DNA of 64,000 bases from Candidatus Sumerlaeaceae bacterium (GTDB taxonomy: Bacteria > Sumerlaeota > Sumerlaeia > Sumerlaeales > Sumerlaeaceae), in the NCBI GenBank assembly GCA_051003195.1, contig JBPCLP010000001.1, positions 1 to 64,000 on the forward strand. The letters are read 5' to 3'. Both the position numbers and the translations under genes were made by a program. Below the pieces are notes generated by a model. It was not told the DNA's origin and made no database searches. It worked only from the letters and a program-made list of their open reading frames with translations. Shown in pieces: positions 39,877 to 49,939 of this stretch. Positions within the stretch are counted from its first letter, which is position 1, and each line of letters starts with the position of its first letter.

Positions 39877-42790
39877 GCGGATTCGTTTGCAGGGGTTCGG
39901 ACGACTGACGGGCACGTGTAATTTCGAGCAGGATAAGTGCAACGTACTCTGCCAGGATAACGAGTTTGGCAAAACAACCCTGATGGATGCGGTACTCTAC
40001 GCGCTGTACGATTTCCCCACGACAGGATTCAAGCGGACGGAACTGAAGCCTAAGGACCGTTACCGCCCGTGGGCTAATGGTAACGGCTCCGGATTTATTG
40101 TGGAACTGGACCTTGTTACCGGCGACGCGCGTGAGCTGTGCCTTCGTGCGGACTTTTCACGCCCGCAGCCGTTCGAGCTTACGGACACGCAGACATGGCA
40201 GAAGCTGCCGCTCGATGACGCGAGCTTTGGCGAGCGCTTTTTCCGCATGCCATTGCAGTCGTTTACGGGCTGTTTTTTTTACCGGCAGGATGATCGCGAA
40301 GGTACAGGGCGCGATGACCTGATTCGTGTCATCGAGGAAGCGGCGGCTTCCAATCAACGCCAGCAGCCCTCATCGGTGCGCCAGGCCATCAGCGCTCTCT
40401 CCGAGGCGCGCGTGCATGTCCCGGAATTTTCCACCGACGCCATCCAGGTCGAGACTTTGATCAAGCGCATCGACGAGAAAATCGGCTCCGCACGAAATGA
40501 AATGCAGCAACTGGAAGAGGAGAAGACCAGGCGCGCGGTAGAGATCATAGCCGCAACTGAAATGAATCGGCGCATTGTGGAGCTAGAATACGAGCAAGCG
40601 CGGCTGGAACACGCTGCCGTGCTGGCGGAATTGCACGACATCGAATCTACGCTGCGGCGCCATGAAGAAGTCGCGGCGACACGTGCTCAGCGCGAAGCCC
40701 GCATACTTGAACTTAAGCCGTATTCGGTTTTCGATCCGGAGGACCGCTGCAAGGTACAGTCGCTTTTCGCGGACATACGCAGCGTAACTAAGCGAATGGA
40801 AGAAGCAGACGAGCGCCTGGCGAAACAACTTCGGCCCGCTTCGGAGCAGGCGGAACAGGAACTTGCCGCGTTGCCCAGTGCGGCAGCCACCTTTACGGCC
40901 GACCAGCTCGAGCAAATGCGTACATGGAAATCGCAACTGGCCGATCGCCGGAGCCAGGCAGCAAACGAACGTCGGCGCGCCGATGGGATGGAAGCGGATT
41001 TGCGGGGACGCGGCGTTCCTCTCGAAGAAGTGGAGAATGCAATCGCCCGGCTCGACCTGTTGACTGAAGCCGAACGCGAAATACTCCTCGATCCGACGTC
41101 CAGGCGCGCGGACGCAGAGGCGGCGCTCTCAAACCTCGAGCGTCAGGCAGCCGAAGCACGCGCACAACTAGCCCAGGCGAAGATTCAGCGTAACCAGCTT
41201 CGCACTTTCACAGGCGCGACGTTGTTGATTGCTTCAGCTTTCGTGATCGCCGGTATCGTGCTGATTCTCGCCAACTATGTCTTTGCCGGAAGCGGCGCAA
41301 TCGGGATCGGTCTGGTCGGCGGCGGATTGCTTTTTGTTTATTTTACGCGGCTGCAGCGCGACCTCACCAACTCGCAACTGGAACCTGCAGCGGTACAGGA
41401 GGTAGCGCTGACCGGCGAGTCGCAAAAGCTGAAGGAAACCGTCGACGAGTTCCGCGCGGAACTCGAAGAGGTCTGCTCGCGCCAGCAGCTTGATGAAGAT
41501 TCGGTTAAAAAACTAAAAGCTGCAACGCAGTGGCTGCAGGCGGCGGGACCGTACCAGTCGGCGCGTGACGCAGCGACCCGGCTGGCAGCGGAAGCCGCAG
41601 GCATTCAGCAGCAGGCGGCAGCCGCAGTTCGCGCGTTAGTTCCAGAGATCATTTCAGATGCGGACATAAACGAGCTTGAGATCGAGCGGGCGTCGCATCT
41701 CGTCACGCGTTGCCTGGAGCTTACTGCGGCGGTCGAACTAGGCGGCGCGAAACTCAGGGATGCTGAGGGCGAATTGGGGGAACTGCAACGCGATCACGGT
41801 TCCAAACGTGACGCATTGCTGGAAAAAATGCGGCCGGCACTGGAGTCGGTTCAGCAATATGAAGCGTCGTCCGAACTTGACGCGCTTGTCAGCGCATTTG
41901 AATCCGGGTGTGAGCAGGCAATTCGACTGCAGACCCTTCTCGCAGAAGCACAGACCGGCCCCTCGCTGGGTGAACGTGAAATCCAGGAAGCCCTTGAACG
42001 TGCAACCGCGCTGCGGACACACCTTGACGAGTTGCAGCAGTCGGAGCCGCAGCTTGCCAACACGACGCTGGATCCGCGCCCGCGCGCGGCTATCCAGGAC
42101 GAACTGGCGGCGACTGCCCGCCAGCGCGAAGAACTGCGCGTACAGCGCACAGATCTGTTCAATGAGTGCGACCGCGCGGTTGAAGCATGGCGGCATGAAG
42201 GCCCTCGTCTGCAGGAGGAGCTAGACCGGCTGGCCTCGCTGCGCCAGCAGGTGCGCGAGTTTGGCGACGCGGTTGCGACTGCGCACCACGAGCTGGCGGA
42301 CATCGCCGACCAGGTGTTCCGTCAGTGGGCTACTGCGATCAACGAACGCGTTAACGAAGTACTGCCGCTGATTAACCCCAGGTACAAGGATATAGCCTGC
42401 TCTAATGAGCTGGAGCTAAGCGCCTATTCGATGGAAGTTGGACGTCGGCTGGACGGGCGCGAATTGCAGCACCTGAGCAAAGGTGCGCGCGATCAGCTTC
42501 AGATGGCGTTGCGCATTGCGGTGAGCGAATACCTGTCCGCACACGTAGGCAATTTGCCGCTCGTTTTCGATGAGCCTTTCGCACACTGGGACGACGCTCG
42601 CTTCGTAGAAGGTATGCGTTTCCTCGCGGAACTGACACAACGCCACCAGGTCATCCTGCTGAGTTGTCATCACTGGCGCTATGACCAGTTGCGGCTAACG
42701 CACCCGGACCTGGCAGCCCGCCTGCATTTCTGCACTTTGAAGGACGAGACGGCAGTTGCTCCATCGGCACCTGCAGGAGCGTTTTTGTAA
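39866..42790 (+). CDS. SbcC/Rad50-like SMC ATPase with central TM hairpin (YhaN-like)
   Basis: GFG, NEFGKTT (Walker A), long coiled coils, two hydrophobic helices mid-protein, LSKGARDQL signature, VFDEPF (Walker B), SCH. Confidence 0.88.
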   Translation: MFIKRIRLQGFGRLTGTCNFEQDKCNVLCQDNEFGKTTLMDAVLYALYDFPTTGFKRTELKPKDRYRPWANGNGSGFIVELDLVTGDARELCLRADFSRPQPFELTDTQTWQKLPLDDASFGERFFRMPLQSFTGCFFYRQDDREGTGRDDLIRVIEEAAASNQRQQPSSVRQAISALSEARVHVPEFSTDAIQVETLIKRIDEKIGSARNEMQQLEEEKTRRAVEIIAATEMNRRIVELEYEQARLEHAAVLAELHDIESTLRRHEEVAATRAQREARILELKPYSVFDPEDRCKVQSLFADIRSVTKRMEEADERLAKQLRPASEQAEQELAALPSAAATFTADQLEQMRTWKSQLADRRSQAANERRRADGMEADLRGRGVPLEEVENAIARLDLLTEAEREILLDPTSRRADAEAALSNLERQAAEARAQLAQAKIQRNQLRTFTGATLLIASAFVIAGIVLILANYVFAGSGAIGIGLVGGGLLFVYFTRLQRDLTNSQLEPAAVQEVALTGESQKLKETVDEFRAELEEVCSRQQLDEDSVKKLKAATQWLQAAGPYQSARDAATRLAAEAAGIQQQAAAAVRALVPEIISDADINELEIERASHLVTRCLELTAAVELGGAKLRDAEGELGELQRDHGSKRDALLEKMRPALESVQQYEASSELDALVSAFESGCEQAIRLQTLLAEAQTGPSLGEREIQEALERATALRTHLDELQQSEPQLANTTLDPRPRAAIQDELAATARQREELRVQRTDLFNECDRAVEAWRHEGPRLQEELDRLASLRQQVREFGDAVATAHHELADIADQVFRQWATAINERVNEVLPLINPRYKDIACSNELELSAYSMEVGRRLDGRELQHLSKGARDQLQMALRIAVSEYLSAHVGNLPLVFDEPFAHWDDARFVEGMRFLAELTQRHQVILLSCHHWRYDQLRLTHPDLAARLHFCTLKDETAVAPSAPAGAFL

Positions 42791-42863
42791 GAGCCTCTAA
42801 CGTAGTAGTCGATGCTGCAACGCAAGTACTTCAATTCCATAAACGTTTTAAGGAGCGCCGGTC

Positions 42864-43892
42864 TTGAATTCTAATACCAGCCAAACAACATCTGCTCCGT
42901 CGCCGCTCGGATTCTTCGAGGCGATGCGCGGTTACCAGCTCACTGCCGCAATGAAAGCGGCAGTCGAACTCGAACTCTTTACCGTGATTGCAGAAGGCGC
43001 AACGACGCCAGCACAGCTCAGCTCCCGGTGTAACGCATCCGAGCGAGGAATGCGAATACTTTCGGATTTCATGGTTACGTGCGACTTCCTGACAAAAGCG
43101 GACGGGCAGTATGGCCTCACCGCTGACTCCTCCGTATTCCTCGACAAACGCTCGCCTGCGTATTGTGGCGGCGCGGTCGCCTTTATGGGTTCCCCCTTGT
43201 TCACCGAATTGTTTCGCGACATGACTGCTGTCGTACGCAACGGCGGGGCTGTTGATCCGCAAGGCGGCACCGTTGCACCCGATCACCCGGTGTGGGTGGA
43301 CTTTGCGCGCGGCATGGACCCGTTGATGGTACCGGCCGCGCAGGTTATCGCCCAGCAGATACCGGATTCCGGCAAGCCGATGAACGTCCTCGACATTGCC
43401 GCAGGTCATGGTCGCTTCGGTATCACCGTTGCGCAACTCCATCCCAACGCAATCGTGACGGCCGTCGACTGGAAAGCCGTGTTGGAACTGGCGCTGGAAA
43501 ATGCGAAAGCTGCGGGTATCGCGGAACGGTATCACCTGTTGCCGGGCAGTGCGTTCGATGTGGAGTTTGGATCCGATTACGACGTGGTGCTGATCACCAA
43601 TTTCCTGCACCATTTCGATGTCCCCACCTGCGAAACGTTGCTGACAAGAGTGCATGCCGCATTGAAGCCGGGCGGCATGGCGATTACGCTGGAGTTCGTC
43701 CCGAACGATGACCGCGTAACACCCCCGGCAGCGGCCAGCTTCAGCCTGACGATGCTTGGATCGACCGCATCAGGCGACGCGTACACTTTCTCAGAGCTGG
43801 AGGGTATGTTTGACCGGGCAGGCTTTGATGCGAGCGAGCTGATGCCTCTTTCCGGAATGCCGCAGAGCCTGGTCGTCAGCAGGAAAAAGTAG
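42864..43892 (+). CDS. SAM-dependent O-methyltransferase with dimerisation domain
   Basis: AAVELELF, VLDIAAGHG, LPGSAF, NFLHHF, LKPGG. Confidence 0.9.
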   Translation: MNSNTSQTTSAPSPLGFFEAMRGYQLTAAMKAAVELELFTVIAEGATTPAQLSSRCNASERGMRILSDFMVTCDFLTKADGQYGLTADSSVFLDKRSPAYCGGAVAFMGSPLFTELFRDMTAVVRNGGAVDPQGGTVAPDHPVWVDFARGMDPLMVPAAQVIAQQIPDSGKPMNVLDIAAGHGRFGITVAQLHPNAIVTAVDWKAVLELALENAKAAGIAERYHLLPGSAFDVEFGSDYDVVLITNFLHHFDVPTCETLLTRVHAALKPGGMAITLEFVPNDDRVTPPAAASFSLTMLGSTASGDAYTFSELEGMFDRAGFDASELMPLSGMPQSLVVSRKK

Positions 43893-44024
43893 AAGGCCCC
43901 GATTCGAGCATTATTCGCCTGACTTCAGGCGGCGAACTTTAGAATTCTCCTGATGCGGTTTGGCAATTGTCGGCGACGTGACGCGGGGTAACGCGATGCG
44001 GTTGACGCTGCGTCTTCCGCTGTG

Positions 44025-45920
44025 CTAAGTCCCCTCGAGAACGCCGGGTACCGACATCGCCGGTTTCAGCCGGCTGGCGGCGCTCCAACGCCGTGCACAT
44101 TGCCCGACGATGACGAGCGCACATGTGATCATGACAATGATCAGTACGATATCTACATAGCCGGTGGTCCGCTGTGCCGGTGTGCTGGTCTTACTCTGGA
44201 TCATGGGTAGAAACTTGATATAGATCTGGTAAATACCGCCGTAGGTCGTGGTGAACAATACCCACAGCATAGGCACCATAGTGACCCAGCAATACTTCGC
44301 GCGGCCCGCGCGGATAAGCAGTGTAGTGACCACGGCGAGCGCGATGGCGGCCAGCATCTGGTTTGCGATTCCGAACATCGGCCAGATAGTATCAATGGTG
44401 CCATTGAGCAGCATCCACGCCCATGCGAACACCACAATGCCCGAGCTGAAGATCACACCAGGCCACCAACTGGGATTGTCGAACTTTCGCGCAATTCCCC
44501 CCAGGAACCTGAATTTCGACAGGAACTCCTGCAAAAGAAACCGGGCGATTCGTGTACCGGTATCGATGGTTGTGAGGATGAACAGCGCCTCGAACATAAT
44601 CGCGAAATGGTACCACAGCGCCATTGCCTTATCGCCCGAAAGCATAGGAGTGCGCGAGAAGATATTGGCGATTCCCACGGCCAATGTCGGCGCACCGCCC
44701 GTGCGACCTTCCAGGTGCTCCCCTACGCTATCTTCAATATGGTGCAGGTGCACCGCCTTAAAGTCGTATTTTTGCTGGAGCACTTTCGCCTTCGGCGTGT
44801 TCATCAGGAAGTAATCGTTCGGTTCCAAAGCAGCAACGGCGATCAGTGCGACAATGCCCACGAGACATTCGATCAGCATGGCGCCGTAGCCGATGGGCCG
44901 TGCGTGCGTTTCCTGGCTGATCATTTTGGGTGTTGTGCCACTGGCGACCAGCGCGTGAAATCCGCTGACGGCTCCGCACATCACTGTGAGGAACACCATC
45001 GGGAACCACCCACCGTCCACCACCGGGTTCTTCAGTTGATATGCGTATTTGGTGACGGGGGCCATGTGAATAACGGGGTTGACGATGATCACGCCGATCA
45101 CCAGCAGGCCAATGGTGCCGATCTTCATGAACGAGGAAAGGTAATCGCGCGGGCAGAGCAGCAACCACACAGGCAGCACGCTTGCGATGAAGCCGTATAT
45201 CGCCATGGCGTAGACGATCTGCTTCTTGTTCAACAGGAAGTGTTTGCCCCACTCCTGGGTCTGCGCGAACTGCCCCCCCCATACCGCCGCCAGCAGTAGC
45301 ACAAGTCCAATCGCGGAAGCCTCCAGTATGGCGGTGGGTTTGCCATGCCGGAACATGTGCATATATACACCCATGAGTAGCGCGATTGGAATGGAACAGG
45401 CAATGGTGAAGGAGCCCCACGAACTTTCGGCCAGAGCATTGACGACTGCCGCACCGAGCCCCGCCAGCGCAATGATGACAATGAAGAGGATTGCTACAGC
45501 GGTGACCATGCCGCCGAATGAGCCGAGTTCCTGTCGCGCGATTTCGGCAAGGCTGCGGCCGTTGCGGCGAATGCTCGCCGTAAGCACGACGAAATCCTGT
45601 ACCGCACCGCCGATCACGACGCCGACCAGCAGCCAAAGATAAGTAGGCGCCCAGCCGAACTGGACGGCAAGGACTGGACCAATGAGTGGCCCGGCACCTG
45701 AAATGGCTGCGAAATGGTGACCGAACAGCACCCACTTATTTGTCGGGTGATAGTTCTGTTTGTCGTTGAGACGATGGGCGGGCGTCTGGCGGGAATCGTC
45801 CAGTGCCATCACGCGGTAGGCGATGAAGCGACTATAGAAGCGGTAGGCGATGGTGAGCACGCAAAGCGCAGCGATGATCAGCGGCATTGCGTGCAGCGTC
45901 GATACGGAGGTTGGATTCAT
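44025..45920 (-). CDS. cstA: Carbon starvation protein A (peptide/pyruvate transporter)
   Basis: TPAH, VLFGHHFAAISGAGPLIGP, PRDYLS, CGAVSGFH, GYGAML.E, FEALFILTT.D.GTR, WPMFG.ANQ. Confidence 0.96.
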   Translation of the reverse strand: MNPTSVSTLHAMPLIIAALCVLTIAYRFYSRFIAYRVMALDDSRQTPAHRLNDKQNYHPTNKWVLFGHHFAAISGAGPLIGPVLAVQFGWAPTYLWLLVGVVIGGAVQDFVVLTASIRRNGRSLAEIARQELGSFGGMVTAVAILFIVIIALAGLGAAVVNALAESSWGSFTIACSIPIALLMGVYMHMFRHGKPTAILEASAIGLVLLLAAVWGGQFAQTQEWGKHFLLNKKQIVYAMAIYGFIASVLPVWLLLCPRDYLSSFMKIGTIGLLVIGVIIVNPVIHMAPVTKYAYQLKNPVVDGGWFPMVFLTVMCGAVSGFHALVASGTTPKMISQETHARPIGYGAMLIECLVGIVALIAVAALEPNDYFLMNTPKAKVLQQKYDFKAVHLHHIEDSVGEHLEGRTGGAPTLAVGIANIFSRTPMLSGDKAMALWYHFAIMFEALFILTTIDTGTRIARFLLQEFLSKFRFLGGIARKFDNPSWWPGVIFSSGIVVFAWAWMLLNGTIDTIWPMFGIANQMLAAIALAVVTTLLIRAGRAKYCWVTMVPMLWVLFTTTYGGIYQIYIKFLPMIQSKTSTPAQRTTGYVDIVLIIVMITCALVIVGQCARRWSAASRLKPAMSVPGVLEGT

Positions 45921-46014
45921 TCCACGCTCGTTCTAAAGTAATTGGAGGGTATCGTTTGCAGAGTGCGACCACCCGTTGGCAAGTGGAAGTCGCGGGCGCA
46001 GCAACTTCGGCGGC

Positions 46015-46581
46015 TTACTTCAACTGCGGTTGAAAAGCTTCGGCTTCGAGAAAACGGATCTGGTCCGCGCCGTTCATCGAGAGCGTCGCTTTTCCTTCAG
46101 CCAGAACTCGCCCCGCGGCATCGGTTTCCGTTGAACGCAACGTGCGGCAAACAAGGTTCAGCAGCACTGTCAGCGTCGAGTGGCGATCGCTCAACTGGAA
46201 TGCGAGTTGGGGCGCGCCGGCACAGGGCGCGCGGCTGTCCGATGTATTTCCCACGGCAAGCATCGCCTTGCGCAATCGCGATACGTAGTAATCGTCCAAC
46301 CGGGGCGATTCCTGCACCACAAGATAGCCCGCCAGCGTCGCCGAGTTTGTGCTGCTTTGCGAGTTTGTGCTGCTTTGTACGGCTCCAAGCAGATGGTAGG
46401 CGCTGGCAGTTTCTGCGGACTTCAGAATGCGTAGCCCGTTGGCAGTAAGCCGCTGCCGCAGCAAGCCAGTCTTGTGCTGCTTCAACAGCAGGTACCCTGC
46501 GATCATCATAGCGGCGGGTATGACGGCCAGTACGACGAAGCATGTCATTCGATTACGCGAAAATGGCGTGGCTTCAGGCAT
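46015..46581 (-). CDS. Hypothetical membrane-anchored protein
   Basis: N-terminal TM; fills the gap upstream of cstA; in-frame 18-bp duplication. Confidence 0.55.
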   Translation of the reverse strand: MPEATPFSRNRMTCFVVLAVIPAAMMIAGYLLLKQHKTGLLRQRLTANGLRILKSAETASAYHLLGAVQSSTNSQSSTNSATLAGYLVVQESPRLDDYYVSRLRKAMLAVGNTSDSRAPCAGAPQLAFQLSDRHSTLTVLLNLVCRTLRSTETDAAGRVLAEGKATLSMNGADQIRFLEAEAFQPQLK

Positions 46582-46680
46582 TCCTGAAACTCAGCGGCAG
46601 GCCGAACCGCATGCAAAGCATATCTGAGTACGTTAATTCCTTGCATTCTGGCACGGGATATGTAATACACTTGGGGCCAT

Positions 46681-46983
46681 ATGGAATCGCTCATACTGGA
46701 TAAGAATCGGTTCATCCGTGACGAGTTTGAGTGCTTCGTCCGGATCGGCATGGATATCAACTTGCGCAGCCGCGTGCGCAGGGTTCTGGAACACCGGCTC
46801 ATTACCGGAAATCCTTTCGCTGCGCTGCCCACGATCTATTTTGAAACCCGCAGCTGCGACGGCGTGCTGAAGGAAATGTGGTACCTGGAAGCGGACTGCC
46901 ACCAGCTTCGGCGGCTCCTGGAATTCCTGCGTCGTTTCAATATCGAAGATGTAAAGCTGATCGACGCGATGTTGCACCGCTGA
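46681..46983 (+). CDS. Hypothetical protein
   Basis: 100-aa ATG ORF in the intergenic gap, coding-like composition. Confidence 0.55.
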   Translation: MESLILDKNRFIRDEFECFVRIGMDINLRSRVRRVLEHRLITGNPFAALPTIYFETRSCDGVLKEMWYLEADCHQLRRLLEFLRRFNIEDVKLIDAMLHR

Positions 46984-47002
46984 CGAAGTTTTGCGGCGCG
47001 GT

Positions 47003-48442
47003 TTAATCGACGATTCGGAAGTCTTTGAACTGCTCCAGGTTGTCGTACCAGTGAGCGGCAGCGTCGGTGTGTTCGATTGCCGCATCGGAAATCGTTTCGG
47101 CTGCACGGATTCCCATCAGCATGGAGTGATCCATGTTGTTGTGATTAAAGAGGCCCTGCCTGCCGGTGGTGACGAGGTTCGAAAACTGCCTCAAGTAACC
47201 GAAGACATTGCTCAACCGGGCCTGGTAGTCGGTCGAATAGAGGGGATACGTGTGCGGCACCCGCACCGAGAAAGCGGTCTCGATTTCGTCTTCGCGCAGC
47301 AGGCCGGTTCGAAGAGCGTCTGACGTAACCCGCTGGATGATTTCGGGATCACTGCGCTTCCAGAGGTCCTCGTCCCACCGCGCGGTTACCTCGAATACCA
47401 CCATCGTACGGTCGGCTGGCGCCATGGAGGGATCGAAGTTCCGCGGTTCATAGCTGCGGTTAAAAACGAACTCTTCCTCGGGAAAATAGATCCATGAGTT
47501 CGTGGAAAACTGGGCCCGTCGCACGATAAGCGCCACCAGGATAAGGCCAACATAAACCAGGCCCTTTGCTGCTTCGGCGGCGCCCGGCTCTGGCCGCTCC
47601 TGTTGCAGCATTTCTACGAGATCGGTTATCGGCAGGGTCGAAATCACATAGTCGACGGATGCGCGTTCAGATACGCTGCCCGAATGTGTTTCGACCGCAG
47701 CGATGCTGTCGTCGGTAACGGCGAAACCGGTCACATCCTGTAGCGTTTCAATTCGGGTGCCGCTGGCCACTGCCTTCGATTCCAGGCTTTTCACCAGCCC
47801 CTCCACACCCCCGCGTATGTAGGCGAAGCTGCTCAGGGCACTCTGCGTTCCCTTGCGCCCTTCGCTGCGGCTTAGCAACTGCCGCACGAGACGATTTACG
47901 TTACCGGCACTAACGCGCACCCGCGCAACTTCGTCGCTGAGATCGCGCGGCGCGATCTTCCACACTTTGCGCGTGTACGGCTCGACGATGACCTCGTAAA
48001 CCGCGCGTCCGAAATTGGCGATCATTGCGTCTTCATAATTGCGCGGGCGTCCCATCAACCCGCGCAGTTTGCCGGCAACCGCGCTGAGCCCAAAGCGAGT
48101 CATTCGCACGATGCCCATCACCCGCAGCAGCTCACTGGCGCGAACGGGGTATTGATAGAAGTGTCCGTTGAGAAGCAGTTCACTTCGCCTCTGCACGGTG
48201 AGCATCTGGTCTTTTGAAATCAGTTCCGGCAGAAGTGCTTCGATCTCCGGTAGTTCGGTATAGATCCGGTGCGGCCCGAGATCGGCTGCAAATTCCTGGT
48301 TCCTCCATCCGACCGCGAGTCCGCCCACTCGCTCCGCTTTTTCCAGGATGGTGACCTGCCAGTCCGGCTGCAATTGAAGCAGACGATACGCAGCTGCAAG
48401 CCCGGCGACGCCACCACCCAGAATCACCACGCGCTTCGACAC
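47003..48442 (-). CDS. FAD-dependent oxidoreductase (amine oxidase/UDP-galactopyranose mutase-like family)
   Basis: ILGGGVAGL, VGGL, DLGPH, YTRKVW, WIYFPE, GRQGLF..NNMDHSM. Confidence 0.85.
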   Translation of the reverse strand: MSKRVVILGGGVAGLAAAYRLLQLQPDWQVTILEKAERVGGLAVGWRNQEFAADLGPHRIYTELPEIEALLPELISKDQMLTVQRRSELLLNGHFYQYPVRASELLRVMGIVRMTRFGLSAVAGKLRGLMGRPRNYEDAMIANFGRAVYEVIVEPYTRKVWKIAPRDLSDEVARVRVSAGNVNRLVRQLLSRSEGRKGTQSALSSFAYIRGGVEGLVKSLESKAVASGTRIETLQDVTGFAVTDDSIAAVETHSGSVSERASVDYVISTLPITDLVEMLQQERPEPGAAEAAKGLVYVGLILVALIVRRAQFSTNSWIYFPEEEFVFNRSYEPRNFDPSMAPADRTMVVFEVTARWDEDLWKRSDPEIIQRVTSDALRTGLLREDEIETAFSVRVPHTYPLYSTDYQARLSNVFGYLRQFSNLVTTGRQGLFNHNNMDHSMLMGIRAAETISDAAIEHTDAAAHWYDNLEQFKDFRIVD

Positions 48443-48443
48443 C

Positions 48444-49883
48444 TCAGTCCACATCCACCACGCGGATAAGGTTGGTGCTGCCTGGCTCGTGCAATGGCAA
48501 CCCGGCCGCGACCACAAGTCGATCTCCGGGTTTAATTGCGCCGCGCTCCTTGAACACGCTGATCGCTTTGCGTATCTGCACTTCGCTTCCCTGGCGCCGC
48601 TCGGCCTCGATGTCTACTGCGCTGTCCCGCGACACGGCACACACGCCCCAGGTAAGGCACAGTTGCTGGGCCGTGCGTGGCAGCGGGCAATAAGCCAGTA
48701 TTCCACCGCGTGGCCGGAAGCGCGCCACGCGGCGGGCAGTGCTGCCCCCCTGTGTCAGGCACAGTACCGCGCGCACTTTGAGTTCGCTGGCTACCATCGC
48801 CGTGGCATGCGAAATTGCCTCGGGGACATTAATGTTATCCTCGCTGCTGCGCCGCCTGAGCCGCTTCTCGTGGTTGAAATCCTTTTCCGTCTCTTCGGAA
48901 ATGCGGTTCATCATTTCAACAGTCGCTACCGGGTATGCGCCGGTCGCCGTTTCACCAGAAAGCATGACGGCGTCGCTGCCGTCGAGAATGGCGTTGGCAA
49001 CGTCGGTTACCTCAGCGCGAGTTGGACGCGGCGAGCGGATCATGGAATCGAGCATCTGTGTCGCGGTGATCACAGGTTTGCCGAGTCGATTGCACAGTGC
49101 GATGACGCGCTTTTGCACGTGCGGTACGCGCTCCAGTGGAATTTCGACACCGAGGTCACCGCGCGCAACCATTGCACCATCTGCCACGTGGAGAATCTGC
49201 TCGATGTTTTCGACTGCCTCGCCTTTTTCGATTTTCGCAATCAGCGGCAGCGAACCACCCAGGCTCTGCATGAACCCGCGCGCTTCCTTCACATCCTCGG
49301 CCCGTTTCACGAAGCTGATGGCAAACATGTCGACATCGTTCTCCAGGCCGAACTCCATGTCGGCACGATCTTTCTCCGTCAGCGATGAAATGTTCAACCG
49401 GGTGTTTGGAAGGTTAAGACCCTTGTGACTGGAAAGAGGCCCGCCTCGCACGACAACGCAGTGCACTTCCGGCGCTGCGACACTCTCCACCTGCCACTCC
49501 AGGAGCCCGTCATCCAGCAGGATGTGCTGTCCGGGTTGAACATCTTCAGGAAGGTCGGCATAATTTACGCCCACTCTTGATGCCTCACCCTCGACCTGTT
49601 CCGTCGTGATGGTGATCCGGTCGCCCGCGCGCAGTATCACGGGCCCCGCAGCAATGGTTCCGATTCGGATTTTAGGTCCGGAAAGATCGCACAGGATGCC
49701 GATGGGCTGGCCGGCAGCCCTCGACGCGGCGCGAATCATTCGAATAACGGCGGCATGGCCCGCTTGCACACCATGACTCATATTCAGGCGAAACACATCG
49801 GCCCCGGCTGCGATAAGTGCCGCGATCATCTCGGGCGTGTTTGTCGCCGGGCCTATGGTTGCTACGATCTTTGTGTAAGCCAA
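48444..49883 (-). CDS. pyk: Pyruvate kinase
   Basis: TKIVATIGPA, RLNMSHG, DLSGPKIR, AKIE, MVARGDLGVE, ATQMLDSM, MLSGETA. Confidence 0.98.
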   Translation of the reverse strand: MAYTKIVATIGPATNTPEMIAALIAAGADVFRLNMSHGVQAGHAAVIRMIRAASRAAGQPIGILCDLSGPKIRIGTIAAGPVILRAGDRITITTEQVEGEASRVGVNYADLPEDVQPGQHILLDDGLLEWQVESVAAPEVHCVVVRGGPLSSHKGLNLPNTRLNISSLTEKDRADMEFGLENDVDMFAISFVKRAEDVKEARGFMQSLGGSLPLIAKIEKGEAVENIEQILHVADGAMVARGDLGVEIPLERVPHVQKRVIALCNRLGKPVITATQMLDSMIRSPRPTRAEVTDVANAILDGSDAVMLSGETATGAYPVATVEMMNRISEETEKDFNHEKRLRRRSSEDNINVPEAISHATAMVASELKVRAVLCLTQGGSTARRVARFRPRGGILAYCPLPRTAQQLCLTWGVCAVSRDSAVDIEAERRQGSEVQIRKAISVFKERGAIKPGDRLVVAAGLPLHEPGSTNLIRVVDVD

Positions 49884-49939
49884 TGCATTCTCCGCAGGTT
49901 CTGGCGCACAAATTTACAAGCTGAGCGCGTGGAGCAAGG

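Noticed and set aside
47003..48442. Second hemY
   Set aside because: Motifs (YTRKVW, GRQGLF..NNMDHSM) fit the mutase-like flavoprotein family; the HemY-type gene is in the hem operon.
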